63,808 nt of DNA, filler included, from Octopus bimaculoides (GCF_001194135.2; 6 parts of 6 records of this genome joined end to end with filler, not necessarily neighbours in it), one strand, 5' to 3'. Positions 49,272 to 61,262 are shown, numbered from the whole stretch's first letter. Program-made: numbers and translations. Notes: generated by a model from the sequence alone, not told the origin.

Positions 49272-49594
49272 ATGTATATACACATCGAACACACATATAT
49301 ACATACGTATACATACAAACACAGTAAGAATTGGTGTAGTTTATATATTAATATGCGAGAAAGCATATTTACGTCCGGAGTGCGTATATCAAGTATCACT
49401 GTCTTTTACAAGGTTTCGTTTTACGAACCCCTCTGTTCAATAAACAAGCACACTGTACAAACAGAAGACTACAATTTCTGAGACAGACCCAATCATATTC
49501 TTGGGTTTTGTAGTCGGCTAATGAACCGTGTTTGGTCTCCTGTTCAACGACTGGAACGGTGAACGGCCCAAGACATAGATATCTGTATATGTAT

Positions 49595-49749
49595 GTGCCA
49601 AGAAGGCTCTGTGGTAGAGGCCTTCTTGCCAATCTCGTGGTTCAATTTCACTAAGTGACACCTTGAGCAAATGTCTTCTATTATAGCTTCCAATCGACCA
49701 GAGCCTTGTGAGTGGATGTGGTAAGTGGAAACTGAAAGAAGCCCGTCGT
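49595..49749 (+). mobile_element. S2 SINE 5' half fused to a LINE fragment
   Basis: CACCTTGAGCAAATGTC...GCCTTGTGAGTGGAT...GAAAGAAGCCCGTCGT. Confidence 0.75.
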
Positions 49750-49979
49750 GAGAGATATGTAATAATATACATATGGAAAATACTGGAAGGACTGGTGCCA
49801 AACTTTGGCATCAAGTACTACACGAATGCCCGCACAGGTCGCCACTGCATGGTACCAAAGGTGCCGTCCACTGCATCTCACATAAGAACGAGGTACTGCA
49901 ACAGTCTCGGTTTCAGAGGACCTCAGCTCTTTAATGCCCTGCCAAAACATTTGAGAGACCTGCAAGACATGGATATAGA
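49744..49979 (+). mobile_element. CR1-like LINE ORF2 C-terminal fragment
   Basis: RRERYVIIYIWKILEGLVPN...SLGFRGPQLFNALPKHLR; runs into a gap. Confidence 0.85.
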
Positions 49980-51517
49980 NNNNNNNNNNNNNNNNNNNNN
50001 NNNNNNNNNNNNNNNNNNNNNNNNNNNNNNNNNNNNNNNNNNNNNNNNNNNNNNNNNNNNNNNNNNNNNNNNNNNNNNNNNNNNNNNNNNNNNNNNNNNN
50101 NNNNNNNNNNNNNNNNNNNNNNNNNNNNNNNNNNNNNNNNNNNNNNNNNNNNNNNNNNNNNNNNNNNNNNNNNNNNNNNNNNNNNNNNNNNNNNNNNNNN
50201 NNNNNNNNNNNNNNNNNNNNNNNNNNNNNNNNNNNNNNNNNNNNNNNNNNNNNNNNNNNNNNNNNNNNNNNNNNNNNNNNNNNNNNNNNNNNNNNNNNNN
50301 NNNNNNNNNNNNNNNNNNNNNNNNNNNNNNNNNNNNNNNNNNNNNNNNNNNNNNNNNNNNNNNNNNNNNNNNNNNNNNNNNNNNNNNNNNNNNNNNNNNN
50401 NNNNNNNNNNNNNNNNNNNNNNNNNNNNNNNNNNNNNNNNNNNNNNNNNNNNNNNNNNNNNNNNNNNNNNNNNNNNNNNNNNNNNNNNNNNNNNNNNNNN
50501 NNNNNNNNNNNNNNNNNNNNNNNNNNNNNNNNNNNNNNNNNNNNNNNNNNNNNNNNNNNNNNNNNNNNNNNNNNNNNNNNNNNNNNNNNNNNNNNNNNNN
50601 NNNNNNNNNNNNNNNNNNNNNNNNNNNNNNNNNNNNNNNNNNNNNNNNNNNNNNNNNNNNNNNNNNNNNNNNNNNNNNNNNNNNNNNNNNNNNNNNNNNN
50701 NNNNNNNNNNNNNNNNNNNNNNNNNNNNNNNNNNNNNNNNNNNNNNNNNATACACACACACACGCACACATACACACAGATGTATTCATACACTTATAGA
50801 TAAATGAATATACACACTCTTGTCTTTACTATGGCAGAAAGAAGTTAATTCTCCATGCATTCAAATGTGTCTCTGTGCGTGTGCGTGTTTGTGCATGCAT
50901 GCATTCATGCGTGCATGTATAACATTATTCAGTCTTGGTTCAAGGTTTCTTGCCAATCGAGAAAGAACCGGTTTCTAACCTAGACCCAAGGCACCTTCAT
51001 TGGAATTCCAACACCTACAACAGGGTATTTTTGCATGCAGATTCGTATGTTTTGCTTTACGTATATCTTCTGCATATACTTGCATCTCTAGACATGCTCA
51101 TATACTCAAAGGATAAACTTCTGGAAAGTTTTACAGATTTTTATAGTTCCATTGATGTATGTATGTATCTATGTATCAATGTATGTATGCGTGTTTGTGT
51201 GTTTATGTGTGTGCGTATGTGTGTGTGTATGGATGCGTGGTTATGTGCGTATGTATGTTAAATATAGGGCGTTTGTGTGCTTATATGTATGTGACTATAT
51301 GCGTGGGAGAGGGGACGGGTAGGGGGAAATTTGGTCATTTACGTGTCTCCTGCAGAATAAATGAGAGTAAGCAGTCTCAAGTGATGATGGAAGGGGGTCA
51401 AACACAAACACACACACATATTGTTTTATACACACATACACTATACATAGGTACACACGACCGCTAAATCCACAAGTTTTTTTTTTTTATATTCTCTCTC
51501 TCTGTTTTCTCTTATTC

Positions 51518-51553
51518 CTTTCTGTTGAAGAGCGTAGGCTCGAAATGTAAAAG
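51518..51553 (+). ncRNA. Hammerhead-like motif with variant core (CTGTTGA)
   Basis: Stem I CTTT/AAAG, perfect stem II GAGC/GCTC, GAAA, ATGT stem III, GTA triplet. A6 is changed to T. Confidence 0.4.
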
Positions 51554-52424
51554 ACTTTCTCACTTTCCCGAGCGCCAAATTAATACACCTGTTTATTATT
51601 CATACACTTGTCTTCGTCTTTTGTTTTTCTGTAAATTTCAACTACGCACGCACGCACGCACACACNNNNNNNNNNNNNNNNNNNNNNNNNNNNNNNNNNN
51701 NNNNNNNNNNNNNNNNNNNNNNNNNNNNNNNNNNNNNNNNNNNNNNNNNNNNNNNNNNNNNNNNNNNNNNNNNNNNNNNNNNNNNNNNNNNNNNNNNNNN
51801 NNNNNNNNNNNNNNNNNNNNNNNNNNNNNNNNNNNNNNNNNNNNNNNNNNNNNNNNNNNNNNNNNNNNNNNNNNNNNNNNNNNNNNNNNNNNNNNNNNNN
51901 NNNNNNNNNNNNNNNNNNNNNNNNNNNNNNNNNNNNNNNNNNNNNNNNNNNNNNNNNNNNNNNNNNNNNNNNNNNNNNNNNNNNNNNNNNNNNNNNNNNN
52001 NNNNNNNNNNNNNNNNNNNNNNNNNNNNNNNNNNNNNNNNNNNNNNNNNNNNNNNNNNNNNNNNNNNNNNNNNNNNNNNNNNNNNNNNNNNNNNNNNNNN
52101 NNNNNNNNNNNNNNNNNNNNNNNNNNNNNNNNNNNNNNNNNNNNNNNNNNNNNNNNNNNNNNNNNNNNNNNNNNNNNNNNNNNNNNNNNNNNNNNNNNNN
52201 NNNNNNNNNNNNNNNNNNNNNNNNNNNNNNNNNNNNNNNNNNNNNNNNNNNNNNNNNNNNNNNNNNNNNNNNNNNNNNNNNNNNNNNNNNNNNNNNNNNN
52301 NNNNNNNNNNNNNNNNNNNNNNNNNNNNNNNNNNNNNNNNNNNNNNNNNNNNNNNNNNNNNNNNNNNNNNNNNNNNNNNNNNNNNNNNNNNNNNNNNNNN
52401 NNNNNNNNNNNNNNCTTTTGTTTT

Positions 52425-52543
52425 ACTCATTTGAAGCTTATTCTATCAGCCTGTTTTGCCGAACTGCTAAGTTACGGGGGGGGCATAAACACACCAACAT
52501 CGGTTGTCAAGCGATGGTGGAGAGGACGAACACAAACACACAA

Positions 52544-52590
<47 letters not shown>

Positions 52591-52750
52591 CAATGGGCTT
52601 CTTTCAGTTTCCGTCTACCAAATCCACTCACAAGGCTTTGATCGATACGAGGCTAAAGTAGAAGACACTTGGTCAAGGTGCCACGCAGTGGGACTAAACC
52701 AGGAACAATGTGGTTGGTAAACAAGCTACTTACCACACAGTCATGCCTGT
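52425..52750 (-). mobile_element. SINE family S2
   Basis: CCGAACTGCTAAGTTACGG...CAGTTTCCGTCTACCAAATCCACTCACAAGGC...GGTGCCACGCAGTGGGACT. Confidence 0.9.
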
Positions 52751-52954
52751 ATGTGTGTATGTGTGCAAGGTGAGCAAAGGTGTACGTACGCCGCTATATG
52801 TATATGTAAATATAAAAAAATGGAACAAAAACGCAATAGAGGACAATAAAACTTCCGGAAACCCTGTCAAGTCATGTTTATATGTGTATGTATATATTAT
52901 GTATGAATATATATATATGTATTTATTTTTGTCTATATGTGTATGTAAATATAT

Positions 52955-53464
52955 GTATAAACCTTGTCAGTCAGCAGCTGGTCTTAAAAGTCATCTGAGG
53001 GCTCATCAACGGAAGGGTTGTGCTGTGTGCCTTTATGGGACGGCTATCATCTGCCTAGATCAGTGTTTCCCAATGTGGGGCGTGGGAAAATTGGAGTGGG
53101 GCATGCGTTGTGAAAATTTTTGCGAGTGACTTGAGCGCACAGTTGTTGACCCTAAGCCCATCTTTGAACATTGAAATGAAAAAAAATATCTATATATTAC
53201 GATGCAATATTTATACTTAAACCATGGGAATCGATTTAGGTACGACCAATCAGCATACCGAGTGAGGTACCTGCAATTGTAAGGCGTTTCTTTCTGTTTC
53301 AGTATCTTATTGTCCAGTGTCAAGTGTTTATAAAAGCAGTTGGTAATTGAATTGAAGATCATGTCTCTATGTTAAAAACGAATGTTGATGGGCACCAGAT
53401 TTTTTAAAAAGTGGGGCACCGGAAAAAATGTTTGCTAAACACTGGTCTAAATGAAGCAATCATC

Positions 53465-53470
<6 letters not shown>
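52955..53470 (+). mobile_element. RTE-type LINE 3' end with zinc-finger remnant, interrupted by a hAT MITE
   Basis: KPCQSAAGLKSHLRAH*-like motif, then GTAIICLD, the MITE, and EAIII followed by a TA tail. Confidence 0.65.
53061..53444. mobile_element. hAT MITE
   Basis: TIRs CAGTGTTTCCCAA / TTGCTAAACACTG; TSD-like GCCTAGAT / GTCTAAAT (6/8 match). Confidence 0.8.
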
Positions 53471-53505
<35 letters not shown>

Positions 53506-53782
53506 TGTATGCACGTATATATGTATGTGTATATATATAGATGCTGTTGTATCTGGGAAGAGTCATTCTCTTTTTGTGCCTTATTATTTAAAACACTCAC
53601 CGGTAAAGTTTCCATCCATTTACTTATTTATTTTTCCAAAATTTTCGTTGCTTCTTGCAACCTTTTCAATAGCTTTGAGTCAAAAGGCTCTAAAAGAGAA
53701 CGACTCTCCCCAGATGCAACAGTATAAGCTTCAACGCACGAACTCACATAAAGAATCTTGCGAAGCAAATCCATAAACGAAA

Positions 53783-53824
<42 letters not shown>

Positions 53825-53879
53825 ATATGAGTATATGCATATATATGTACATGTATGTATATACGTTCATCTACATGTA

Positions 53880-53980
53880 CATATAGATACATAACTGGGT
53901 ACATGACGTGGCAAAAGAACAAGGACAAAATGGTAAACAAGGTGCAACAAACAAGCAGGCCACATAGAAACATCCCCTTC
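53880..53980 (-). repeat. Dispersed repeat family (GCAGCTGATGAAGG family), copy 1; others at 55690-55877(-) and 57225-57400(+)
   Basis: Mutually alignable GAAGG...CTATGT(G/A)GCCTG...TTTTGTCC...TGTACCC. Confidence 0.7.
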
Positions 53981-54529
53981 NNNNNNNNNNNNNNNNNNNN
54001 NNNNNNNNNNNNNNNNNNNNNNNNNNNNNNNNNNNNNNNNNNNNNNNNNNNNNNNNNNNNNNNNNNNNNNNNNNNNNNNNNNNNNNNNNNNNNNNNNNNN
54101 NNNNNNNNNNNNNNNNNNNNNNNNNNNNNNNNNNNNNNNNNNNNNNNNNNNNNNNNNNNNNNNNNNNNNNNNNNNNNNNNNNNNNNNNNNNNNNNNNNNN
54201 NNNNNNNNNNNNNNNNNNNNNNNNNNNNNNNNNNNNNNNNNNNNNNNNNNNNNNNNNNNNNNNNNNNNNNNNNNNNNNNNNNNNNNNNNNNNNNNNNNNN
54301 NNNNNNNNNNNNNNNNNNNNNNNNNNNNNNNNNNNNNNNNNNNNNNNNNNNNNNNNNNNNNNNNNNNNNNNNNNNNNNNNNNNNNNNNNNNNNNNNNNNN
54401 NNNNNNNNNNNNNNNNNNNNNNNNNNNNNNNNNNNNNNNNNNNNNNNNNNNNNNNNNNNNNNNNNNNNNNNNNNNNNNNNNNNNNNNNNNNNNNNNNNNN
54501 NNNNNNNTATATATATATATAACAAAAAT

Positions 54530-54840
54530 ACGGATAGAGAAAATCACATCTTAGTCGAACCGCTAAGTTACGGGGACGTAAACACACCACCATCGGTTGT
54601 CAAGCGATGTTGGGGGGACAAACACAGACGCACAAACATATACAAACACACACACACACACACATATATATACATATATACGATAGGCTTCTTTCAGTTT
54701 CCGTCTACCAAATCCGCTCACAAGGCTTTGATCGGCCCGACGCTATAGTAGAAGACACTTGCCCAAGGTGCCACGCAGTGGAACTGAACCTGAAACCATG
54801 TGGTTGTTAAGCAAGCTATTTACCACACAGCCACAACTGC
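54530..54840 (-). mobile_element. SINE family S2
   Basis: Near-identical to the 52425-52750 copy. Confidence 0.9.
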
Positions 54841-54868
54841 ATATACATATACCTATACATATACATAT

Positions 54869-54911
<43 letters not shown>

Positions 54912-55343
54912 TACATACATACATGTACATTCTTACATATATATGTATATACACATGCATATATGGGTAATGGGACGCCAAATAATGTAAACAACACGAA
55001 AAACAAGAACATGAAATACAAAACATGGAAAACAAACTTTTTTGCGAACAACGATGTATATATGTGTGTATGTACGTATGTGTGAGCATGTATGCGTATA
55101 TATATCGATCTATGTGAGTATGTATATATGTGTGTAGGTAGGTATGGAGACGAATGTAAACGTGAGCGTGTGGGACATTCTTATAGTGTGATATAATTGA
55201 CGGATATAAACTAACACGGGATATATAGGTGTATACGTATATACACTCATATATACGCATCTATACGTGTATATCGATATTTATATATATGCATATATAT
55301 ACGTACATGAAATATACAAAAATATATAAACACACATCTATGC

Positions 55344-55380
<37 letters not shown>

Positions 55381-55381
55381 A

Positions 55382-55420
<39 letters not shown>

Positions 55421-55429
55421 TGGGACATT

Positions 55430-55585
55430 GCAGGTGTAGCTGTGTGGTAAAAATCTTGCTTCCCAACAAGGTTCCGGGTTCAATTCGACTGCATGCCACA
55501 TTCAGCTAGTGTCTTCTGCTATAGCCTCGGGCCGATCAAAGCTTTGTGAGTGGATTTGGTAGACGGAAACTGAAAGAATCTTGTC

Positions 55586-55627
<42 letters not shown>

Positions 55628-56095
55628 CAAATGATATCTGAGCATATGCATGTATACATACATATATGTATATACCTACATCTACCTGTATATGTAGATG
55701 CATATCCGGGTACAGGACGTCAAAAGACGTGGACAAAAAAAGGAACGGGAACATAAACAAAGCACAAAAAACGGACTTTTTTTTACGGACAACAGAATGA
55801 ACAGATAGGAAAACAGACAAGCTACTTATGGAGCTTTTCCTTCATCAGCTGCCTCTATTCTAAACTAGGCGTTTATGAATGCAAGCATATATTTGTGTCT
55901 GTGTTTGTTCCACCACCATCGCTTCACAACCGATGTTAGTGTGTTTACGTCCCCGTAACTTAGCACTTCAACTAAATAGAAACGATAGAATAAGCACTAG
56001 GCTTACAAAGAATAAGTCCTGGGATCGATTTGTTCGACTAAAGGCGGTGCTCCAGTATGGCCGTAGTCAAATAACTGAAACAAATAGAAGAATAA
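55430..56095 (+). mobile_element. S2 SINE split by an insertion in its internal microsatellite
   Basis: 5' half 55430-55590, 3' half about 55895-56095, and the repeat copy 55690-55877 between them. Confidence 0.8.
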
Positions 56096-56324
56096 AAGAA
56101 GAATACCCATATTCGTATATCTATGGATGAGATTTGTGAGTGAGTTTGCGGGTGTGGCTGGCGGGTGGGTGTATGAATATATGAGACACTGGAACAAAAT
56201 GGCGTCTACCGTCTTGTTCGATCGTGTCAAACCGTCCAACCCATAATAGTGTAGACGGCGGTGTAAAATCATAAGGGGGATTACAGACACGCATACGCTC
56301 GCATGTGTACATATTTGTGTCTGT

Positions 56325-56361
<37 letters not shown>

Positions 56362-56589
56362 TACATATATATATGTATATATATGTATATATATGTATAT
56401 ATATGCATGTCTGTGCGAACGCAATTAAGTATTTCAGTGTAAACAAGAATGTAAAACGGAGAGAAAAATGTCTGCTTAATAATTCTGGTCTTCATATACC
56501 ACAAGCACACATACATATATAGACTTACACATATAAACGTATATATGCATGTACATATATGTGTATGTGTATGTGAATGATATACACGC

Positions 56590-56622
<33 letters not shown>

Positions 56623-56626
56623 TATA

Positions 56627-56803
56627 TCATCATCATCGTTTAACGTCCGCTTTCCATGCTAGCATGGGTTGGACGATTTGACTGAGGACTGGTGAAACCG
56701 GATGGCAACACCAGGCTCCAGTCTGATTTGGCAGAGTTTCTACAGCTGGATGCCCTTCCTAACGCCAACCACTCAGAGAGTGTAGTGGGTGCTTTTACGT
56801 GTC
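56627..56803 (-). mobile_element. SINE with a Meta-domain-like core and (GAT)n tail
   Basis: The reverse complement contains TGGCGTTAGGAAGGGCATCCAGC and ends AAACGATGATGATG. The domain name is from memory. Confidence 0.7.
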
Positions 56804-57617
56804 ANNNNNNNNNNNNNNNNNNNNNNNNNNNNNNNNNNNNNNNNNNNNTTAATTAATTAANNNNNNNNNNNNNNNNNNNNNNNNNNNNNNNNNNNNNNNN
56901 NNNNTATATATATATATATATATATATGTATATGTATGTATGTATATATATATATAAGAAGAAAATAAGATGACAAAGGAATGAACAATAATCTTATAAA
57001 CCTCATTACCTTACAGCTGTTTCTGAGACGAGATGCATTCTTAATACTGCTACTACTCTGTACTTGACTAACGCTTCTTACTGAAGTATATGCATATTGA
57101 GTTCTACACTAGGTTACTTGTCTTGCAATGTCCAAGTGCAATATATATTATATATATATATCTTTCTGTCCGCCACTACATTCCTCCATGTTTCAAACTT
57201 AATTTATGGTACGTGGGAAGAGCCATTCTAACAATGCGTCCTGCCCTAACCCTTCGAAACGCTTAGTTTTAGAATGGTGGCAGCTGATGAAGGAAATGTT
57301 CTCTATGTAGCCTGTGTGTTTTCTGTACTCTGTTTATCATTTTGTCCACGTATTTTTGCAACGCTCTGTACCCAGATATGCATCTATATATACATGTAAA
57401 TGTAGGTATGTACATACATGTACGTATATATGCATATACTCATATATTATTTGTATTATATATATACATATATATATATATATACATACATATCTATAAT
57501 TAAGATTCAGTTGAATTAGGTGCTTAAATTGAGGCACCAAGCCAGTTTGGTTTAGTCCTCACAGCTCGAATTTAGGTAAATAATCAGCAAATAAGTAACA
57601 AGATTCTGTTACAAACA

Positions 57618-57790
57618 TAGTAAAGGAAACAAGGTAATTATTTTGGTTCCAACTGACAGGTACAAGATCTTTGGCTCGAGGGGTAAGTCGGTAAGATTGA
57701 TTCTAGAACTTGGTATTTTATTTTATCGACCACTTGAGAATGAAAGATAAAGTTGGCCTCAGCAGTATTTGAACTCCGAATGTAAACAAC
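57618..57790 (-). mobile_element. SINE family S1
   Basis: TTTTATCGACC...AAAGTTGGCCTC...TTTGAACTCCGAA. Confidence 0.8.
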
Positions 57791-57894
57791 GGGAAATAAA
57801 GGCGAAAGAAATTTGGTCTCGGATTCTAAATTGCGATGCAGAGAACGGGAAATTATACTGTAGGTCAATTTTTATCTGATGCGCAAGGTCGGCT

Positions 57895-58430
57895 CCCGAA
57901 TTTTTTTCCCACGTCAGTTCCGGATCCCAGTAATGAACTCATTTGCATACAGCCAATCGGAGCTCACCTTGTCAAGTTAGCAAACACACTCTACCAAGTA
58001 AACTCAAGACGAAGAATGGTGTTGCAAGTCGACCGATCACCAAGTTATGCCTCATTTTAAAAGGAGACAAATAATTACATAGATTTGCATCTATACCTAT
58101 TATCGGATTTTGTTAGGGCCCCATATGGTAAAGATGTAGATGGGGAAAATGTGGGTAGGGGTGATGTGCTAGTAATCCTCTCCCCCTTACTAGTTTACAA
58201 AGTAAACAACAACACAAATAACTATGTAGAGGCAGCCATGGTTGGAACAAGAACAAGAAACATTATTAAAAAGGAAAAGAAGCAATGGTCATTCCTTACC
58301 CAAGTGACCTTATCCTATCGCCCATCACTTGTTATGCGCTCATAAGTTAGTTTGATAGTTGAGCTCTGATTGGTTGTATGCAAATGAGTTCATAATTGGG
58401 GACCGGAACTCTTGTGGGAAAAAAATTCCG
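57895..58430. repeat. Inverted repeat (about 70-bp arms, about 395-bp spacer) carrying octamer, CCAAT and ETS motifs
   Basis: GTTCCGGATCCCAGTAATGAACTCATTTGCATACAGCCAATCGGAGCTC (about 57917-57966) pairs with GAGCTCTGATTGGTTGTATGCAAATGAGTTCATAATTGGGGACCGGAAC (58361-58409). Confidence 0.85.
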
Positions 58431-58615
58431 CGGCTGGCTCAAGGAACCGGAAACTCGGGCTGTCACCCGGGCGCCATGTGTCATTTAGTCTACATTTTCA
58501 GTTTTTCTCCTCGTGAAGGTCTTGAAAAGATTATACTTGTAAGGGCACCAAAGTTCAGCTTACCCAGAGCGCCAGCAACCCTAGGGCCGGCCCTCCTGAT
58601 GCACTCTAACAGCCT

Positions 58616-58705
58616 TCACAACAACAACAACAATATCAACAACAATAACAGCACCACCAACAACGGCAACAATAACAACCACAATAACAGCAACAACAAC
58701 AGCAA

Positions 58706-58736
<31 letters not shown>

Positions 58737-58814
58737 AAGAAGAAGAAGAAGAAGAAGAAGAAGAAGAAGAAGAAGAAGAAGAAGAAGAAGAAGAAGAAGA
58801 AGAAGAAGAAGAAG
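58616..58814 (+). repeat. (AAC/AAT)n-(AAG)n trinucleotide tracts
   Basis: Read directly. The poly-N/poly-K ORFs here are simple-repeat translations. Confidence 0.95.
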
Positions 58815-59682
58815 NNNNNNNNNNNNNNNNNNNNNNNNNNNNNNNNNNNNNNNNNNNNNNNNNNNNNNNNNNNNNNNNNNNNNNNNNNNNNNNNNNNNNN
58901 NNNNNNNNNNNNNNNNNNNNNNNNNNNNNNNNNNNNNNNNNNNNNNNNNNNNNNNNNNNNNNNNNNNNNNNNNNNNNNNNNNNNNNNNNNNNNNNNNNNN
59001 NNNNNNNNNNNNNNNNNNNNNNNNNNNNNNNNNNNNNNNNNNNNNNNNNNNNNNNNNNNNNNNNNNNNNNNNNNNNNNNNNNNNNNNNNNNNNNNNNNNN
59101 NNNNNNNNNNNNNNNNNNNNNNNNNNNNNNNNNNNNNNNNNNNNNNNNNNNNNNNNNNNNNNNNNNNNNNNNNNNNNNNNNNNNNNNNNNNNNNNNNNNN
59201 NNNNNNNNNNNNNNNNNNNNNNNNNNNNNNNNNNNNNNNNNNNNNNNNNNNNNNNNNNNNNNNNNNNNNNNNNNNNNNNNNNNNNNNNNNNNNNNNNNNN
59301 NNNNNNNNNNNNNNNNNNNNNNNNNNNNNNNNNNNNNNNNNNNNNNNNNNNNNNNNNNNNNNNNNNNNNNNNNNNNNNNNNNNNNNNNNNNNNNNNNNNN
59401 NNNNNNNNNNNNNNNNNNNNNNNNNNNNNNNNNNNNNNNNNNNNNNNNNNNNNNNNNNNNNNNNNNNNNNNNNNNNNNNNNNNNNNGGGGGGGGGCGTGA
59501 TGGAGAAGAATATTCAGAGAGAAAAAGGCTATCATTATGCATAAAAATAAATAAAAGAAAAGAAATGGACAATGAAAAGCATCAACAAATAAATATATAT
59601 ACAATGTATAAGTTGAAAGAGCAGTCATTAAGAAGTAATATAAAATGACACGAGGTACAGTGTATGAGAAAAGTCAACTTAC

Positions 59683-59830
59683 TAGCATCGATGTAACTTC
59701 CGGTTGAGATGTAATGATAAGTTGAGCCAGTTGATAAGAGCTCAGAACTATCCACGTAAAGGAATTTCAGTGTTAAAAAGCTCAGAACGATGTACGTTGG
59801 TAACATCCAGGGTATTTGACCGGTACCCAT
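59683..59830 (-). CDS. Candidate first coding exon of a secreted or membrane protein (MGTGQIPWMLPTYIVLSFLTLKFLYVDSSELLSTGSTYHYISTGSYIDA)
   Basis: Pyrimidine tract plus acceptor (exon starts at 59837); in-frame TGA just before the ATG; Kozak-like aacATGG; hydrophobic residues 8-26; perfect donor A|gtaagt in phase 1. Confidence 0.55.
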
Positions 59831-60564
59831 GTTTCACCTGAATAATGAATGTAGAAGAGGAGAGATTGAATGGCAAATATATTTATATTATTTTAGAAAT
59901 AACTAAGAAGCTGTATCAGAATTTATTTTTTATTTTAATATCATGTCTAAAAGACCGGAAGTAAAGCAAGTTGTTAATGGAAAAAAAAACCGAAAAAGAA
60001 GCATTTTGTGCTAAGTACATCGATAAAGGAAGAGTTACATATCAGAAGTTAAACTGGATTAATAAAAATCAAGCAATCTTTGCTTTTTTTCAAAGATGTA
60101 TATCAATTTTTATCAGTTAAATACAATTTCGATCTTCAGTCACAGATTTGGCTGATGATCAAACGAAAAATTCAAAATGGCTACCTTATATAATTTCGTA
60201 AGAGTTGGTAGGGTGTGGGAAAATAGCACAAACAAGCCTAGAGGCTATAACTCAAGAAGTCAGCGAGACGCTCCCCACTTGTTCTACATTAAGCTGTATA
60301 AGGCAAAACAGCGAATTGTGTATTGTGCTATGAAATACACAGACTCAGATTAACGCCTCCGTTTCGTGTAAAACCAATGGTAGCGTATTTATGTGGTTGT
60401 GTTATAAGCGTTAAAAAGTAAATAAGTATATTTTTACGTTTAATTTGAAAAATGTATCTGGCTTTGCATAAGTATGTACTCAGCATTTCTTTGAATTATG
60501 GCCTTCCCGGGACACAGAATCGTGTGCATACACAGACACACAGACATATAAAATACATGATACA

Positions 60565-60745
60565 TACATGCATGCTGACGCTCCGTCGCTTACGACGACG
60601 AGGGTTCCAGTTGATCCGATCAACGGAACAGCCTGCTCGTGAAATTAACGTGCAAGTGGCTGAGCACTCCACAGACACATGTACCCTTAACATAGTTCTC
60701 AGGGATATTCAGTGTGACACAGTGTGACAAGGCTGACCCTTTTGA
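60565..60745 (-). mobile_element. SINE family S3
   Basis: GACGACGAGGGTTCCAGTTGATCCGATCAACGGAACAGCCTGCTCGTGAAATTAACGTGCAAG; reverse complement of 32960-33160. Confidence 0.85.
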
Positions 60746-60949
60746 ATTATAGGCACAACAGAAACAGGAAGTAAGAGTGAGAGAAAGTTGTGGTGAAAGA
60801 GTACAGCAGGGTTTGTCACCATCCCCTGCCNNNNNNNNNNNNNNNNNNNNNNNNNNNNNNNNNNNNNNNNNNNNTTAATTAATTAANNNNNNNNNNNNNN
60901 NNNNNNNNNNNNNNNNNNNNNNNNNNNNNNATATAAATATATATATCAC

Positions 60950-61135
60950 AACCGTCAAACAGAATTACTTCACCTCAACTACCCTTGCTGTCTTTAACAT
61001 CATACCAAGACAACGAGACATGTAAGAGAAGAAAAAGTTCCGCTATTTAAACGGTTCCTAAACGAATATCTCCAACGACCTAGACTTGGATATATCTCTG
61101 GAAATAATAACTCTCTACTTGAATGGGTTATGGTA
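60950..61135 (+). mobile_element. Degenerate CR1-like LINE 3' end
   Basis: FNIIPRQ...GYISGNNNSLLEW-like terminal motif, with frameshifts. Confidence 0.55.
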
Positions 61136-61262
61136 CCCAAAGAATAAAACACCTCTAATTGTGTTTTCCATGTAGTATTAGTAAGTTCGAAATGGCCTGG
61201 CCAAGTATTTTAGTATCTACGTGTTCACTTGCTTCAGCTTTATTTATTATTAATCCTATTTC

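Noticed and set aside
56150-56300. Frame NPPYDF...WVGRFDTIEQD resembling a sulfotransferase motif
   Set aside because: No credible acceptor or donor, wrong motif spacing, and flanked by microsatellites.
58616-58814. Poly-Asn/poly-Lys coding stretch
   Set aside because: Pure trinucleotide repeats running into a gap; no flanking coding evidence.
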